A stretch of 35,279 nucleotides of DNA from a virus. Taxonomy: Duplodnaviria > Caudoviricetes. Shown here piece by piece: positions 15,228 through 23,664 of the stretch. A program made the translations under genes and the position numbers. The notes under the pieces are model-generated. The model was not told the origin of the DNA and searched no databases. It worked only from the letters and a program-made list of their open reading frames with translations. Numbering within the stretch: position 1 is the first letter of the stretch; every line of letters begins with the position of its first letter. Where the stretch lies: positions 1 through 35,279 of the IMG/VR virus record IMGVR_UViG_3300037487_001052; one strand, given 5' to 3'.

Positions 15228-17095
15228 TAGCTGTAGCCCGGGTAGGCCCCGGTCCCGTAGGTCTGCTTGTCACTCAACGGCAGAGCCAACACGCTCGACG
15301 TGCTGACTTGATCGCTAGAGCTGTATCCCTGCGCGTAGGCCGCGGTCACGGTGTTCAGCGGCGGCCACCAACGGCGGTAGGTGCCGTCCGTGGCGTAGCC
15401 GTTGCTCGTCACGCCGCCCGTGTCATATGCTCGCGTGGTCCGCTCCCAGATTCCGGTAAAGGTCCGGTTGCCCGAGCTGTCCACGTCGCCGTGGGTCACG
15501 CGCCAGGTCTCCTTCACGAGGAAGAAGCCTGCGGGCATGGGCCGGAACACACGCGCCGGCGGGCTGTTGACCTTCCGCAGGGTGGTGGTCTCGACGATGT
15601 CGGCCGATGCCTTCCGCGCTTGGAAGAGGAAGTCGCTGCCCTGGTCGTACATCGTCTGCAGGCGATGCACCCCTGAATCGGTGTCGGTGATCGTGGTGCT
15701 GATCTGTTTCTCGACCGAAATCACGGCTCCTGGGAGAATCGTCGGCACGTCCGAAGGCGATGGCACGAACTGCGCCAACGGCTGCGAATATGGGCCCACG
15801 TCAATGGCTGCGTTTGCCGCCGTCATGGCGGTCTCTACCCCGACAAACGTGATCGTGGTAGCGCCGATGGGGCAGTCAACCGTCAGCACGTCGATGATGT
15901 CTGCGACTGCAAGCGCCGATACCGGAATCGTGTCGGGCTTGGCGCTCGTTGGATTCAACTCCCAATGCGGCTGCGCAAATACACCGCCATTGCCGTAGGG
16001 GTCCGGCTTCCAGTCGCATGTCCGGCTGACCGTGAAGAAGCGCCCAATCACGTTCGCCATCGGGACCGAGGCGAGGCTGCCCGTCGGGTTGTTTACGTCC
16101 GTTGCAGGAGCCTTGGCATCAATCTCAAACTTGATGTGCGCTTTCTTCAGGAGCGTGAGCTCGGTCAGCACCAAGCGCTCAATGATGCACCTTGAGAAAT
16201 CAAGGCGCGAGCGAGACAGTTGTACCGCGGCATTCACGAGCGCCCGAGTATCACCATCGGCCTCGCCCTCGAGTTCGCAAGAGAATCGAAGCACGCCCCA
16301 TGCAAGGCCTTGGCGAGTCCGCTCGTAGCTGAACTCTGCCGTGCCTGCATATGCGCCATCAGGAAGCTCCGTGCGAGCCTGCACGTCGGTGATCTCGTAG
16401 ATGAGCTGGTTGCCTGCCTCGTTGTACGCAAACGTCTGGCTCTCACGACGAAACTTCAACACCGAACTCTGCGCTGGGAGGATCGCTCTGCGGAACAAGT
16501 CTGCCCACGGATATCGCCCGGTGATGTCCGCGTTCAGCGGAGAATCGGAAACCGTTGAGGACGTGCCTGTGGCCGCAAGATTGATCGTTGCGACCCCAGA
16601 AATCGTGCGCGTGATGAGGCCCGCCGCGTCAAGCGAGAACCGCTGCGTCCAACGGTTGGAGATGATCGGCCACGCAGGATCAGGCGTGCCGGAACTGCTT
16701 GGATGCGCCGTTGCCGCCTGCACGGCAAACGTGACGAGGCACGCCTGCCGGCCGTTGATCTCCGTCGCTGTCAGGTGCAGCAGCGGCCCGTTCATCGTGT
16801 CGGGGTAGGACACGTCGATCAGGTTCTCGGTGCCACCGCTCGCCGTCACGCTGACGCGCACCCGGTCCACCCGGCCCGTGCCCATGCGGAACTTCGTCGC
16901 AAGGTCCACGAACGTGTTCGTGGCATCCGAGACCACGCACGAGCCCTGCACGGTGGTCTCGTATCGGTTGAGGGTGTAGTTGTCCTCCGCGTAGACCGGG
17001 CGCTGGTCGTAGCTCGTGACGTTGGCGTAGGGGAGCTCGTAGTCCACCCCGTCGTAGGTGAACACCACGTACGTGTTGCCTGGGCTGATGGGCAT
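15227..17095 (-). CDS. Putative distal tail/baseplate protein, 622 aa
   Basis: Long beta-rich ORF immediately after the tape measure gene. Confidence 0.65.
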   Translation of the reverse strand: MPISPGNTYVVFTYDGVDYELPYANVTSYDQRPVYAEDNYTLNRYETTVQGSCVVSDATNTFVDLATKFRMGTGRVDRVRVSVTASGGTENLIDVSYPDTMNGPLLHLTATEINGRQACLVTFAVQAATAHPSSSGTPDPAWPIISNRWTQRFSLDAAGLITRTISGVATINLAATGTSSTVSDSPLNADITGRYPWADLFRRAILPAQSSVLKFRRESQTFAYNEAGNQLIYEITDVQARTELPDGAYAGTAEFSYERTRQGLAWGVLRFSCELEGEADGDTRALVNAAVQLSRSRLDFSRCIIERLVLTELTLLKKAHIKFEIDAKAPATDVNNPTGSLASVPMANVIGRFFTVSRTCDWKPDPYGNGGVFAQPHWELNPTSAKPDTIPVSALAVADIIDVLTVDCPIGATTITFVGVETAMTAANAAIDVGPYSQPLAQFVPSPSDVPTILPGAVISVEKQISTTITDTDSGVHRLQTMYDQGSDFLFQARKASADIVETTTLRKVNSPPARVFRPMPAGFFLVKETWRVTHGDVDSSGNRTFTGIWERTTRAYDTGGVTSNGYATDGTYRRWWPPLNTVTAAYAQGYSSSDQVSTSSVLALPLSDKQTYGTGAYPGYS

Positions 17096-17097
17096 GG

Positions 17098-17943
17098 CTA
17101 GATCTTGGCCCCCATGAGGCGTAGGTCGTTGAGGAAGGGCTGGTTCTGCGCCGTGAAGTCAATCGGCTGCTGCGTGTTACGGGCGATCTGGTTCAGCGCC
17201 GGCACGACCTTGGTCAAGAGGGTGGTGCCGATCACCATCATCGACGCGCCAAACATTGGGCTTATCTGGCTGCTCAACAGGAACGACCCCGACTTCTGAA
17301 ACGCCTCTGCGGTCGCCTTGACCCCTCCGCTCAACGATTCAATCATTTTTGGGAGATAAACCGTCAAGGCTTCCAGAATCTTGGCGACGTTCTCGGTAAG
17401 CGGGGCGAGGAAGGCCGCGCCCACGCCGGCGGCGAAGGATCGGATCTGCGCGAGGCTGCGCTCGATGCGGCCCGCCTGCGCCACTTGGTTGGCGATGGCG
17501 GGACCGACCACCATGCCGAGCCGGAACTTCTGCATGGTCATGGCGATCTCGTTCGTCATGTCCGCGAGCTGGATGGCGGGGCTGAACTCCCGCAAGTCAT
17601 CCGCCGCCGACATGATGAACTGGTGCAGCTTCATCACCGAGTCGTAGATGGCCTTGAACGCCTTGACCGCTGCGGACGCGGCGAACGCCGTCAGGCCGAG
17701 CGCGAACGTCGCCTTGGTCAGGAAGCTCCCGAACTTGCTGCCGCTGTTCTCGAGGATGCCGTCGAGGAGGTCCATGCTCTTGGCGAGGTTCAGGCCGTTC
17801 CCCTTCACGGCGCTGAACAGCCCGGGCAGGCCCTTCAGCATCTCGCCGAGGCCGAGCTTCTTCTCCGCGTCGGCCGGGGCTCCGCTGCCGCCGCCGCCCT
17901 CCCCGGTCACCACGTCCACGGTGATCTTGCCTAGGTCCTGCAT
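17098..17943 (-). CDS. Short tape measure protein, 281 aa
   Basis: N-terminal DLGKITVDV; Ala/Gly/Leu-rich amphipathic helices; downstream of the tail tube and chaperones. Confidence 0.65.
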   Translation of the reverse strand: MQDLGKITVDVVTGEGGGGSGAPADAEKKLGLGEMLKGLPGLFSAVKGNGLNLAKSMDLLDGILENSGSKFGSFLTKATFALGLTAFAASAAVKAFKAIYDSVMKLHQFIMSAADDLREFSPAIQLADMTNEIAMTMQKFRLGMVVGPAIANQVAQAGRIERSLAQIRSFAAGVGAAFLAPLTENVAKILEALTVYLPKMIESLSGGVKATAEAFQKSGSFLLSSQISPMFGASMMVIGTTLLTKVVPALNQIARNTQQPIDFTAQNQPFLNDLRLMGAKI

Positions 17944-17946
17944 GGG

Positions 17947-18408
17947 TCAGACGCTCCAGTCGATCTCGAAGGCGCAGAGAAAGGTCTCGGTGCCGCGCAC
18001 CCAGCCCGGAAGGTCATCCACGGGCTCGACCACGCCGCCCGACCGCCACGTCAGCGGGATGGTCAGGCGGCCACCGAGCGTGTTCTGGATGAGAAGCGTC
18101 CGCAGGCCGTCGATGGGCTGCTCGATGCCCCACGTGCCGGCGATGCGCTCCGTGGCCCGGTTCGTCGGGTCGAGGAGGTTGCGCCACCAGACGGTGATCG
18201 TGATCGTGGCCTCGAGCAGCCCCACGCCGCTGCGAGGGTGCATGGCGCTGTCGCCGCCCGGGACGATCTGGAAGGCGTACTGCGAGATGGTCTCGTCGGT
18301 CGGGCGCTCAGACAGGTAGACCGCCCCGCCGTACCCGGCCGCGATGGCCCAGGTGCGGATCTCGTCCCGAAGGGCGATCCACACGTCGGCGTTCGACTGC
18401 ACGCTCAT
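17947..18408 (-). CDS. Putative tail terminator/completion protein, 153 aa
   Basis: Size and helix-strand pattern fit lambda gpU/Mu gp37-like proteins. Function is inferred. Confidence 0.5.
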   Translation of the reverse strand: MSVQSNADVWIALRDEIRTWAIAAGYGGAVYLSERPTDETISQYAFQIVPGGDSAMHPRSGVGLLEATITITVWWRNLLDPTNRATERIAGTWGIEQPIDGLRTLLIQNTLGGRLTIPLTWRSGGVVEPVDDLPGWVRGTETFLCAFEIDWSV

Positions 18409-18659
18409 GCGCCACCCCGCTCATGCTGCATCTGCATACGGACCTTCCATGCGAGCGCCGCGTCCCCGGTGGCGAGCTGGATCGTCTGCTGCGTCAGCTC
18501 GGGCGACCCGAAGGCGATGGCGATGCCCTGCGCCATGATGAGCGCCTGCCTTGCTTCGATGGCGGGGATGTTCACGGCAAGGCCCATAGCGGTCTCCGGG
18601 TCGAAGTCCGAGGGCGGCCGTCCGTACGTGGCGGTGAAGAGGGCGGCCGCCCGTGTCAG
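18405..18659 (-). CDS. Tail assembly chaperone, -1 frameshift extension (G-T-like product, about 166 aa in total)
   Basis: The -1 frame continues LTRAAALFTATYGRPPSDFDPE... from the slippery site and has no good independent start. Confidence 0.75.
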   Translation of the reverse strand: MTRAAALFTATYGRPPSDFDPETAMGLAVNIPAIEARQALIMAQGIAIAFGSPELTQQTIQLATGDAALAWKVRMQMQHERGGA

Positions 18660-18904
18660 TTTCCCACGCGCTCGGCTGCCGCCTTCATGCGGACGAACAG
18701 GCCGAAGAGCTGCTCGTCGGTCGCCTGCGCCGCCACCTCGGGCGTGCGGGCGACCTTCCGCATGGCCGCGGTCACGTCGGCGAGCTCGTACTCGTCCTTC
18801 TGGCCAATGGCCGCGATGACCTCGTTCCATTGGATGATGACGAAGCCGGCCGGGACCTCGGCGCGGAAGAGGAGGGGATCGTTGTCGGAGGTCAGGTCGA
18901 TCAT
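18656..18904 (-). CDS. Tail assembly chaperone (gpG-like), 82 aa
   Basis: Follows the tail tube gene and ends in the slippery sequence. Confidence 0.75.
   Translation of the reverse strand: MIDLTSDNDPLLFRAEVPAGFVIIQWNEVIAAIGQKDEYELADVTAAMRKVARTPEVAAQATDEQLFGLFVRMKAAAERVGN
18659..18665 (-). other. Programmed -1 frameshift slippery heptamer G GGA AAC
   Basis: X XXY YYZ heptamer in the correct phase immediately before the TGA of the chaperone. Confidence 0.8.
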
Positions 18905-18906
18905 GG

Positions 18907-19395
18907 TCAGGTGGTGGCGGTGGTGTAGAGAGCGCCCGTCGCGCCCGGGATGGCCTTCACGGTCAGGCCCGCCCGCTGCTCAACGTTGCCGAACTGGCTC
19001 GTCACCACGCCGTTGGGCGGGAGGAAGCAGCGGCCGAAGATGTACGCCGTCTTGCCCGCCGTCAGAGGCAAGATCTTGAGGCCGAACGTGCCGCTGTTGG
19101 CGACGAGCAGGCGGCCGATGGTCGCGGTGTTGAACGCGCCGCGCTGGCGGGCCCGCAGGCTCGTCAGGACCGCCGCGTCCCACTTGACGAGCGTGGCCGT
19201 CACCGTCGCGTCGATGCCCTGCACGACCACCTCCTCGGGGGCCTGCCCGCTCGAGACCGTCTTGATCTCGTGCGTGTAGTCGTTCTCGCTGATCTGCGGG
19301 AGGTTGTCGTTGTCGGTCTGCCCGATGTCCACGTACCCAGAGCCGAGATCGACCTGGATCATGCACGGACCCGACACGATGATGCTTGCGGCCAT
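18907..19395 (-). CDS. Major tail (tube) protein, 162 aa
   Basis: N-terminal IIVSGPC...DIGQT pattern; AAGG RBS; position before the chaperone. Confidence 0.7.
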   Translation of the reverse strand: MAASIIVSGPCMIQVDLGSGYVDIGQTDNDNLPQISENDYTHEIKTVSSGQAPEEVVVQGIDATVTATLVKWDAAVLTSLRARQRGAFNTATIGRLLVANSGTFGLKILPLTAGKTAYIFGRCFLPPNGVVTSQFGNVEQRAGLTVKAIPGATGALYTTATT

Positions 19396-19401
19396 TGGGG
19401 G

Positions 19402-20100
19402 TTACCTTCCTTTGAGGATCTTCTTGAGCCCTAGTCTAATCGTTCGCCCGATGTCCGACCATTCCTTCGTGGTCGGTACGAGGAATGGCCGCGCCGGGAC
19501 CTCGACCCCGTTCCAGGCCATGATGTAGTCCTTGCCCTCGGTCAGGCCCTCGCTGTCGGGGTTGTTGCCCGTCGCGTGCTGCCGCTTGCCCTTCTTGGAC
19601 ATGGGAATGTAGTTCGGTCCCGAGGTCTCGAAGCCGAGCTCGTGGAAGATCGCGTACAGCGGGCCCGTCAGGACGATCTCGACCTTGGTCTCCCCCGCGT
19701 ACTCGGCCCGGGCCCCGATGTTGCGGACGAGGTTCCCCGTGTCCCGCAGGGGCTGCCCGCCGGCGCGGTAGGAGGTGCCCTTGAGCCGATACTCGGTCAC
19801 CTCGACCGTGCGGACCTTGATGCCCTTCTTGGTCTTGGTGACCTTCTGGACCGTGCGCTGGCGGGTGCCGAGGATGGCCGAGGCATCCTTGGGCTTCCGC
19901 AGGGTCCAGAACTCGGCCTCGAGGTCCTTGAGGGGCTTCAGGGCGACCGCCTGCCCGGACGGGCCGCGGCCCTCCCCCTTGGCGATGTGGGCCTTGGCAT
20001 ACCGGGCGACCGCCGCGGCGATGCCGTCGCGGACCTCCTTGCTGCGGAGGGCCTTGGCGATGGCGCGGCGGGTTGGCTCGTCGCCTGGGCTGTGGGCCAC
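19402..20100 (-). CDS. Mu gpG-like virion morphogenesis (neck) protein
   Basis: PLRDTGNL, YAIFHELG and VPARPFL motifs; GTG 20100 just after the previous stop. Confidence 0.75.
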   Translation of the reverse strand: MAHSPGDEPTRRAIAKALRSKEVRDGIAAAVARYAKAHIAKGEGRGPSGQAVALKPLKDLEAEFWTLRKPKDASAILGTRQRTVQKVTKTKKGIKVRTVEVTEYRLKGTSYRAGGQPLRDTGNLVRNIGARAEYAGETKVEIVLTGPLYAIFHELGFETSGPNYIPMSKKGKRQHATGNNPDSEGLTEGKDYIMAWNGVEVPARPFLVPTTKEWSDIGRTIRLGLKKILKGR

Positions 20101-20102
20101 GG

Positions 20103-20594
20103 TCAGCCCCCCGGCATCGTGTTCCCGCGGCGCTGCGGGAAGAATGCGCTCGTGGACACGTTGTTGTACCACGCGGCCGTCTGGAGGGGGGTCGCCCGGA
20201 CCTCGGGCAGGCCCGCGTCGGCGGCCTTGGCGAGGGCCCCAAAGATCGTGCGGCCGTCCCGGAGGTGCTCGAGCATCTCGTGCGCCCGCTTCATGCGCTC
20301 CTCGACCGCCGGCGGGACCTTCATGGCGCGGCGCTGGAACAGGACCTCGGTGGCGAGGTCCACGGTCAGGCTCACGATGAGGTAGTCGCTCGCAGCGGCC
20401 AGCGCGGTGAGGTCCGCGTCGGTGTAGATGTTGCCCACCCGGGCGTATGCCTTGATCGTCGCCGTGGCCCGCTCGAGGGCCATCGTGGTGACGGGGTTCG
20501 CGCCGAGGCTCGGGTTGCCTTGGTCGCTGCACAGCTCGGCGATGATGCGCGAGTCGAGTTCCTTCTCGAGGTCCGCGTAGGTCGCGTAGGCCAT
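20103..20594 (-). CDS. Mu gp36/DUF1320-like head-tail connector
   Basis: MAYATYADL start, ALERATATIKAY, and terminal AHEMLEHLRDG; follows the major capsid gene. Confidence 0.75.
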   Translation of the reverse strand: MAYATYADLEKELDSRIIAELCSDQGNPSLGANPVTTMALERATATIKAYARVGNIYTDADLTALAAASDYLIVSLTVDLATEVLFQRRAMKVPPAVEERMKRAHEMLEHLRDGRTIFGALAKAADAGLPEVRATPLQTAAWYNNVSTSAFFPQRRGNTMPGG

Positions 20595-20613
20595 GCGTTT
20601 CTCCTATGGCGCA

Positions 20614-20646
20614 AGGGGGGCGGGGGCCGAAGCCTCCCGCCCCCCT
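20614..20646 (-). terminator. Strong GC hairpin after the major capsid gene (terminator/attenuator or stabiliser)
   Basis: AGGGGGGCGGGAGGC-TTCG-GCCCCCGCCCCCCT with a cUUCGg loop; no long U tract. Confidence 0.6.
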
Positions 20647-20662
20647 GTGTGCCGTGGGGGTA

Positions 20663-21706
20663 TTACGAAGTCACGTCGAGCACCAGGTACCCGGAGACCG
20701 GGGCGACCAGCTCCGAGGTGCTGTTGTCGATCACGCGGCCCTCGATGCGGCGATCCTTCGGATCGTCCCAGTTCTCGACCGTCATGTCCTCGAACGCGAA
20801 GAGCTGCACGGTGCTGAAGGACGTGGAGCCTTCCACGCCGATCAGGCCACCCGGACGGCTGACGAACACCGCCGAGTTGCCGAACACGAACGACCGGGTC
20901 GTGCTCGCCGCACCCTTCTTGGTCGTGATCTTGACCGAGTCATCGACCACCACCTGAACGCCGAACAGGTTCGGCGGGAGGCCGTACTTGGCGAACACGT
21001 CGTTGCCCTGCAGGAAGGGCAGCGCCGCGGGGTAGTTCTTGACGTAGTCACGAACTTCCGAGGTCTGCGAAAGCAGGTTCGCCACCGTGGGCGAGATCAC
21101 CATCATGATGTCGGTCTCGCCACGCACCGCTCCACCCGTAGCCAGCGAGATCTTCTGCAGGATGCCCTGCACGCCCTTCTGGATCACGTTGGTGGTGGAG
21201 GTCGTCCAGGCCGCGCCGCCCGGTGAGGCGGTTCCGGTTGCCGCGTAGTTGCCGACGTTGTTGAACGCCGTCTGGGCCGCCGAACCCGTGAGGGTGGTGG
21301 CCATGCGCATGCACCGCGCAGTCATGGCGAGCTGCGCCTTGCTGCGAGCGTGCTGCGCGACCACGTCCCACGCCGCCTGCTTGACGGTCTCGTTGGGGAT
21401 GTAGAACGGGAAGGCAAATCGCTGGCACGTGAATGCCACGAAGTCCTGCTCGTTCGTCTTGCCGACCGGGCGGTCGTTGCCGAGGGGCCAGATGAACTCG
21501 TTCACGTCCGTCACGCGGACGTTGTCATCCGAGTTGAGCCGGAGGTAGTACCCGGTCATCTGGTTGGCCGCGACGATCTGCGCGTACTTGGTGATGGGGA
21601 ACGTGTTCACCGCACGGGTGAACTCGACCTGGAGAGCGCCCGTTGCGAGGGCGTTGGTGGACGGGACGTAGGTGTTCAGTCCGCCACCGACTGCGACATA
21701 AGCCAT
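20663..21706 (-). CDS. Major capsid protein, 347 aa
   Basis: AAGGAGGT RBS; size and position after the protease and decoration genes; YGLPPNLFGVQVVVD P-domain-like motif. Confidence 0.8.
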   Translation of the reverse strand: MAYVAVGGGLNTYVPSTNALATGALQVEFTRAVNTFPITKYAQIVAANQMTGYYLRLNSDDNVRVTDVNEFIWPLGNDRPVGKTNEQDFVAFTCQRFAFPFYIPNETVKQAAWDVVAQHARSKAQLAMTARCMRMATTLTGSAAQTAFNNVGNYAATGTASPGGAAWTTSTTNVIQKGVQGILQKISLATGGAVRGETDIMMVISPTVANLLSQTSEVRDYVKNYPAALPFLQGNDVFAKYGLPPNLFGVQVVVDDSVKITTKKGAASTTRSFVFGNSAVFVSRPGGLIGVEGSTSFSTVQLFAFEDMTVENWDDPKDRRIEGRVIDNSTSELVAPVSGYLVLDVTS

Positions 21707-21735
21707 TGTGTGACCTCCTTTGGGTCAGTCGGGAA

Positions 21736-22119
21736 TCAGAGCGCCTTCGTGGCGGGGAGACGGTACGCCCAGAAGATCTGGCCAGAGGCCGCGGCTTCGA
21801 GGGCGACAAACAGGGGGACGTTTCCAGAGCCGGCGGCCGTGATGGCCACGCCAGCCGTGGAGGCGATGAGGCCGAGGCCCGCGGTGATGTTGCCGCCCGC
21901 CTCGATCTGCACGCAGTTCGAGGGCTGGAGCGAGATCGGGTCGCCGGTGGTGGCGTGCGCCGTTGCGTCGAAACGACGGGTCGAGCCATCGGTCACGCCG
22001 ACCACGTAGTCGGCGGCCGCGGTGGATGCCACGCCCTGGAAGGCGGTGGTGTCCATCTTGACGATGCGGTACGGGTTGATCGTGCCGCCCGCGACGAGAT
22101 TGGGAGAGAACTGGAGCAT
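21736..22119 (-). CDS. Capsid decoration/cement protein (DUF2190-like)
   Basis: AGGTINPYRIVK...VVGV...IEAGGNITAG...G.A...ALEAA pattern; lies between scaffold and capsid genes. Confidence 0.7.
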   Translation of the reverse strand: MLQFSPNLVAGGTINPYRIVKMDTTAFQGVASTAAADYVVGVTDGSTRRFDATAHATTGDPISLQPSNCVQIEAGGNITAGLGLIASTAGVAITAAGSGNVPLFVALEAAASGQIFWAYRLPATKAL

Positions 22120-22140
22120 TTCTGTGTGTCCTTCTGCGTG

Positions 22141-23664
22141 TTAGCGCTTGGTGATGCGTGCGTTGATGGCCTTGACGAACTCCTCGGGCTTGCCCGCGTG
22201 CTCGCGGACCAGGGCGGCGATGTCGCCGACGTTGGAAGCCTTCGGCATGGACGCGCGGCTCATGTCGATCTTGGTGCCGATGGGGTCACGGGCGAAGAGC
22301 TCGCGCCACGACTCCATGAGGGCCAGCGGGTCGCGGGCAGCCTGCAGCTGCGCCACGAGCGCGGGACGGTGCGCCTCGGGGATGCGGTAACCCTCGGCCT
22401 CGAGCGAGTCGATCTCGCGCTCGAACCGGGCGCGGGTGATCTCGCCCTTGAGCGCCGCGTTCTCCCGCTCAATGCGGGCCATGCGGGCGCGGAGGCCGTA
22501 GGTGCTGCGCTGCGCGATGACCTCGGGAGCCTCCTCCTCGGCGGCCTCCTCGTCATGGCTGCCGATGTCGATGTGGATGCCCTCGCCGCCTTCGGCAGCG
22601 GCCTCGTCGGCACCGAACTCCATGCCTTCGCCGGCCATCTCGTCCTTCTGCTCGTCCTCGGCCATCTCCGACTTGTCCTCGCCCTCGTCGGCGAACTTCT
22701 TCTTCATCATGCTGGAGAGCTCCTCGATGGCGCACTTCATGGCCTCGAGCTCCTCGCTGTAATCCTTGGATGCCATCGCGGCCTCCTCCTTGTTGAGCGC
22801 CGGGACGAAGGTGTTCAGGCCACCACCGACCCCGGCGAGGTCGTGGTTGCTCTTGGAGAACGTGATCTTCTCGCCCGCACGGGCGAAATGAGTGTCGGGG
22901 AGCGGCCGGCGGGGGGTCTCGCGGCCAAGCAGGGCCACCTCCGAGAGGTGGTTGCTCTCGGACCAGATCTCGGCCGACCGCCTGGGGAAGGCGTTCGTGG
23001 CGATGAGCCTGTCGAAGATGTCCCTGCCGACCTCCATGTCGCCCACAATGTACCCGACGCCATCCCGCTCCTCGTATCGGAGTTGCGGAATCCGGCCCAC
23101 GGCGCTCTTGGGTTCCTTGCCGTCCTTCTCGTGCATGACCACGATGCGGGGGAAGGAGCCGCGGTTCATGTGCTTCGCGGTCGAGGCGACGATCTTCTGC
23201 AGGCGCTTGTTGTCGAAGCGGCGCAGCTCGGGGTCGGCCTCGCCGTCATCGATGGCCGGGTCGAACGCCATGAACAGCTCGACCCCCTTCAGCACGACCT
23301 TGTCGCCGTCCTCGAGGACGGCATGGGATGCCTTCTGGTTCACGCTCTTGTCCTCCTTGCGTTCCAGTTCCTTGACCTTGCGGGTCGCCCAGGCGCGGCC
23401 GGCATCGCCGCCCCACAGGAGCCACGCGATATACCCGGCCGAATCCACTCCCCATCCCTCGCCCTTCTTGTCCACCTCGTGGCGGGCGAAGTACGAGTCC
23501 ATGCGGCGCACGGTGTCGGGGGAGAGGTTCTTGCGGTTCTTGAGGTCGCGGGCCCGGGCCACGCCGATCTCGGTGCCGCCGCGGCCGTGCTTCTCCCGCA
23601 GCTCGAGGCCGCGGGCGGCGTTGGCCGCCATCTCCTGGGTGGGCTTGAGGTCGATGTCGCTCAT
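22141..23664 (-). CDS. Prohead protease/scaffold with an extra N-terminal domain
   Basis: ATG 23664 coupled to the upstream stop. N-terminal ARGLELR...AWLLWGGDAG domain; Mu gpI-like H...AVG...RSAEI...VALLG..P; acidic coiled-coil C-terminus. Confidence 0.8.
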   Translation of the reverse strand: MSDIDLKPTQEMAANAARGLELREKHGRGGTEIGVARARDLKNRKNLSPDTVRRMDSYFARHEVDKKGEGWGVDSAGYIAWLLWGGDAGRAWATRKVKELERKEDKSVNQKASHAVLEDGDKVVLKGVELFMAFDPAIDDGEADPELRRFDNKRLQKIVASTAKHMNRGSFPRIVVMHEKDGKEPKSAVGRIPQLRYEERDGVGYIVGDMEVGRDIFDRLIATNAFPRRSAEIWSESNHLSEVALLGRETPRRPLPDTHFARAGEKITFSKSNHDLAGVGGGLNTFVPALNKEEAAMASKDYSEELEAMKCAIEELSSMMKKKFADEGEDKSEMAEDEQKDEMAGEGMEFGADEAAAEGGEGIHIDIGSHDEEAAEEEAPEVIAQRSTYGLRARMARIERENAALKGEITRARFEREIDSLEAEGYRIPEAHRPALVAQLQAARDPLALMESWRELFARDPIGTKIDMSRASMPKASNVGDIAALVREHAGKPEEFVKAINARITKR

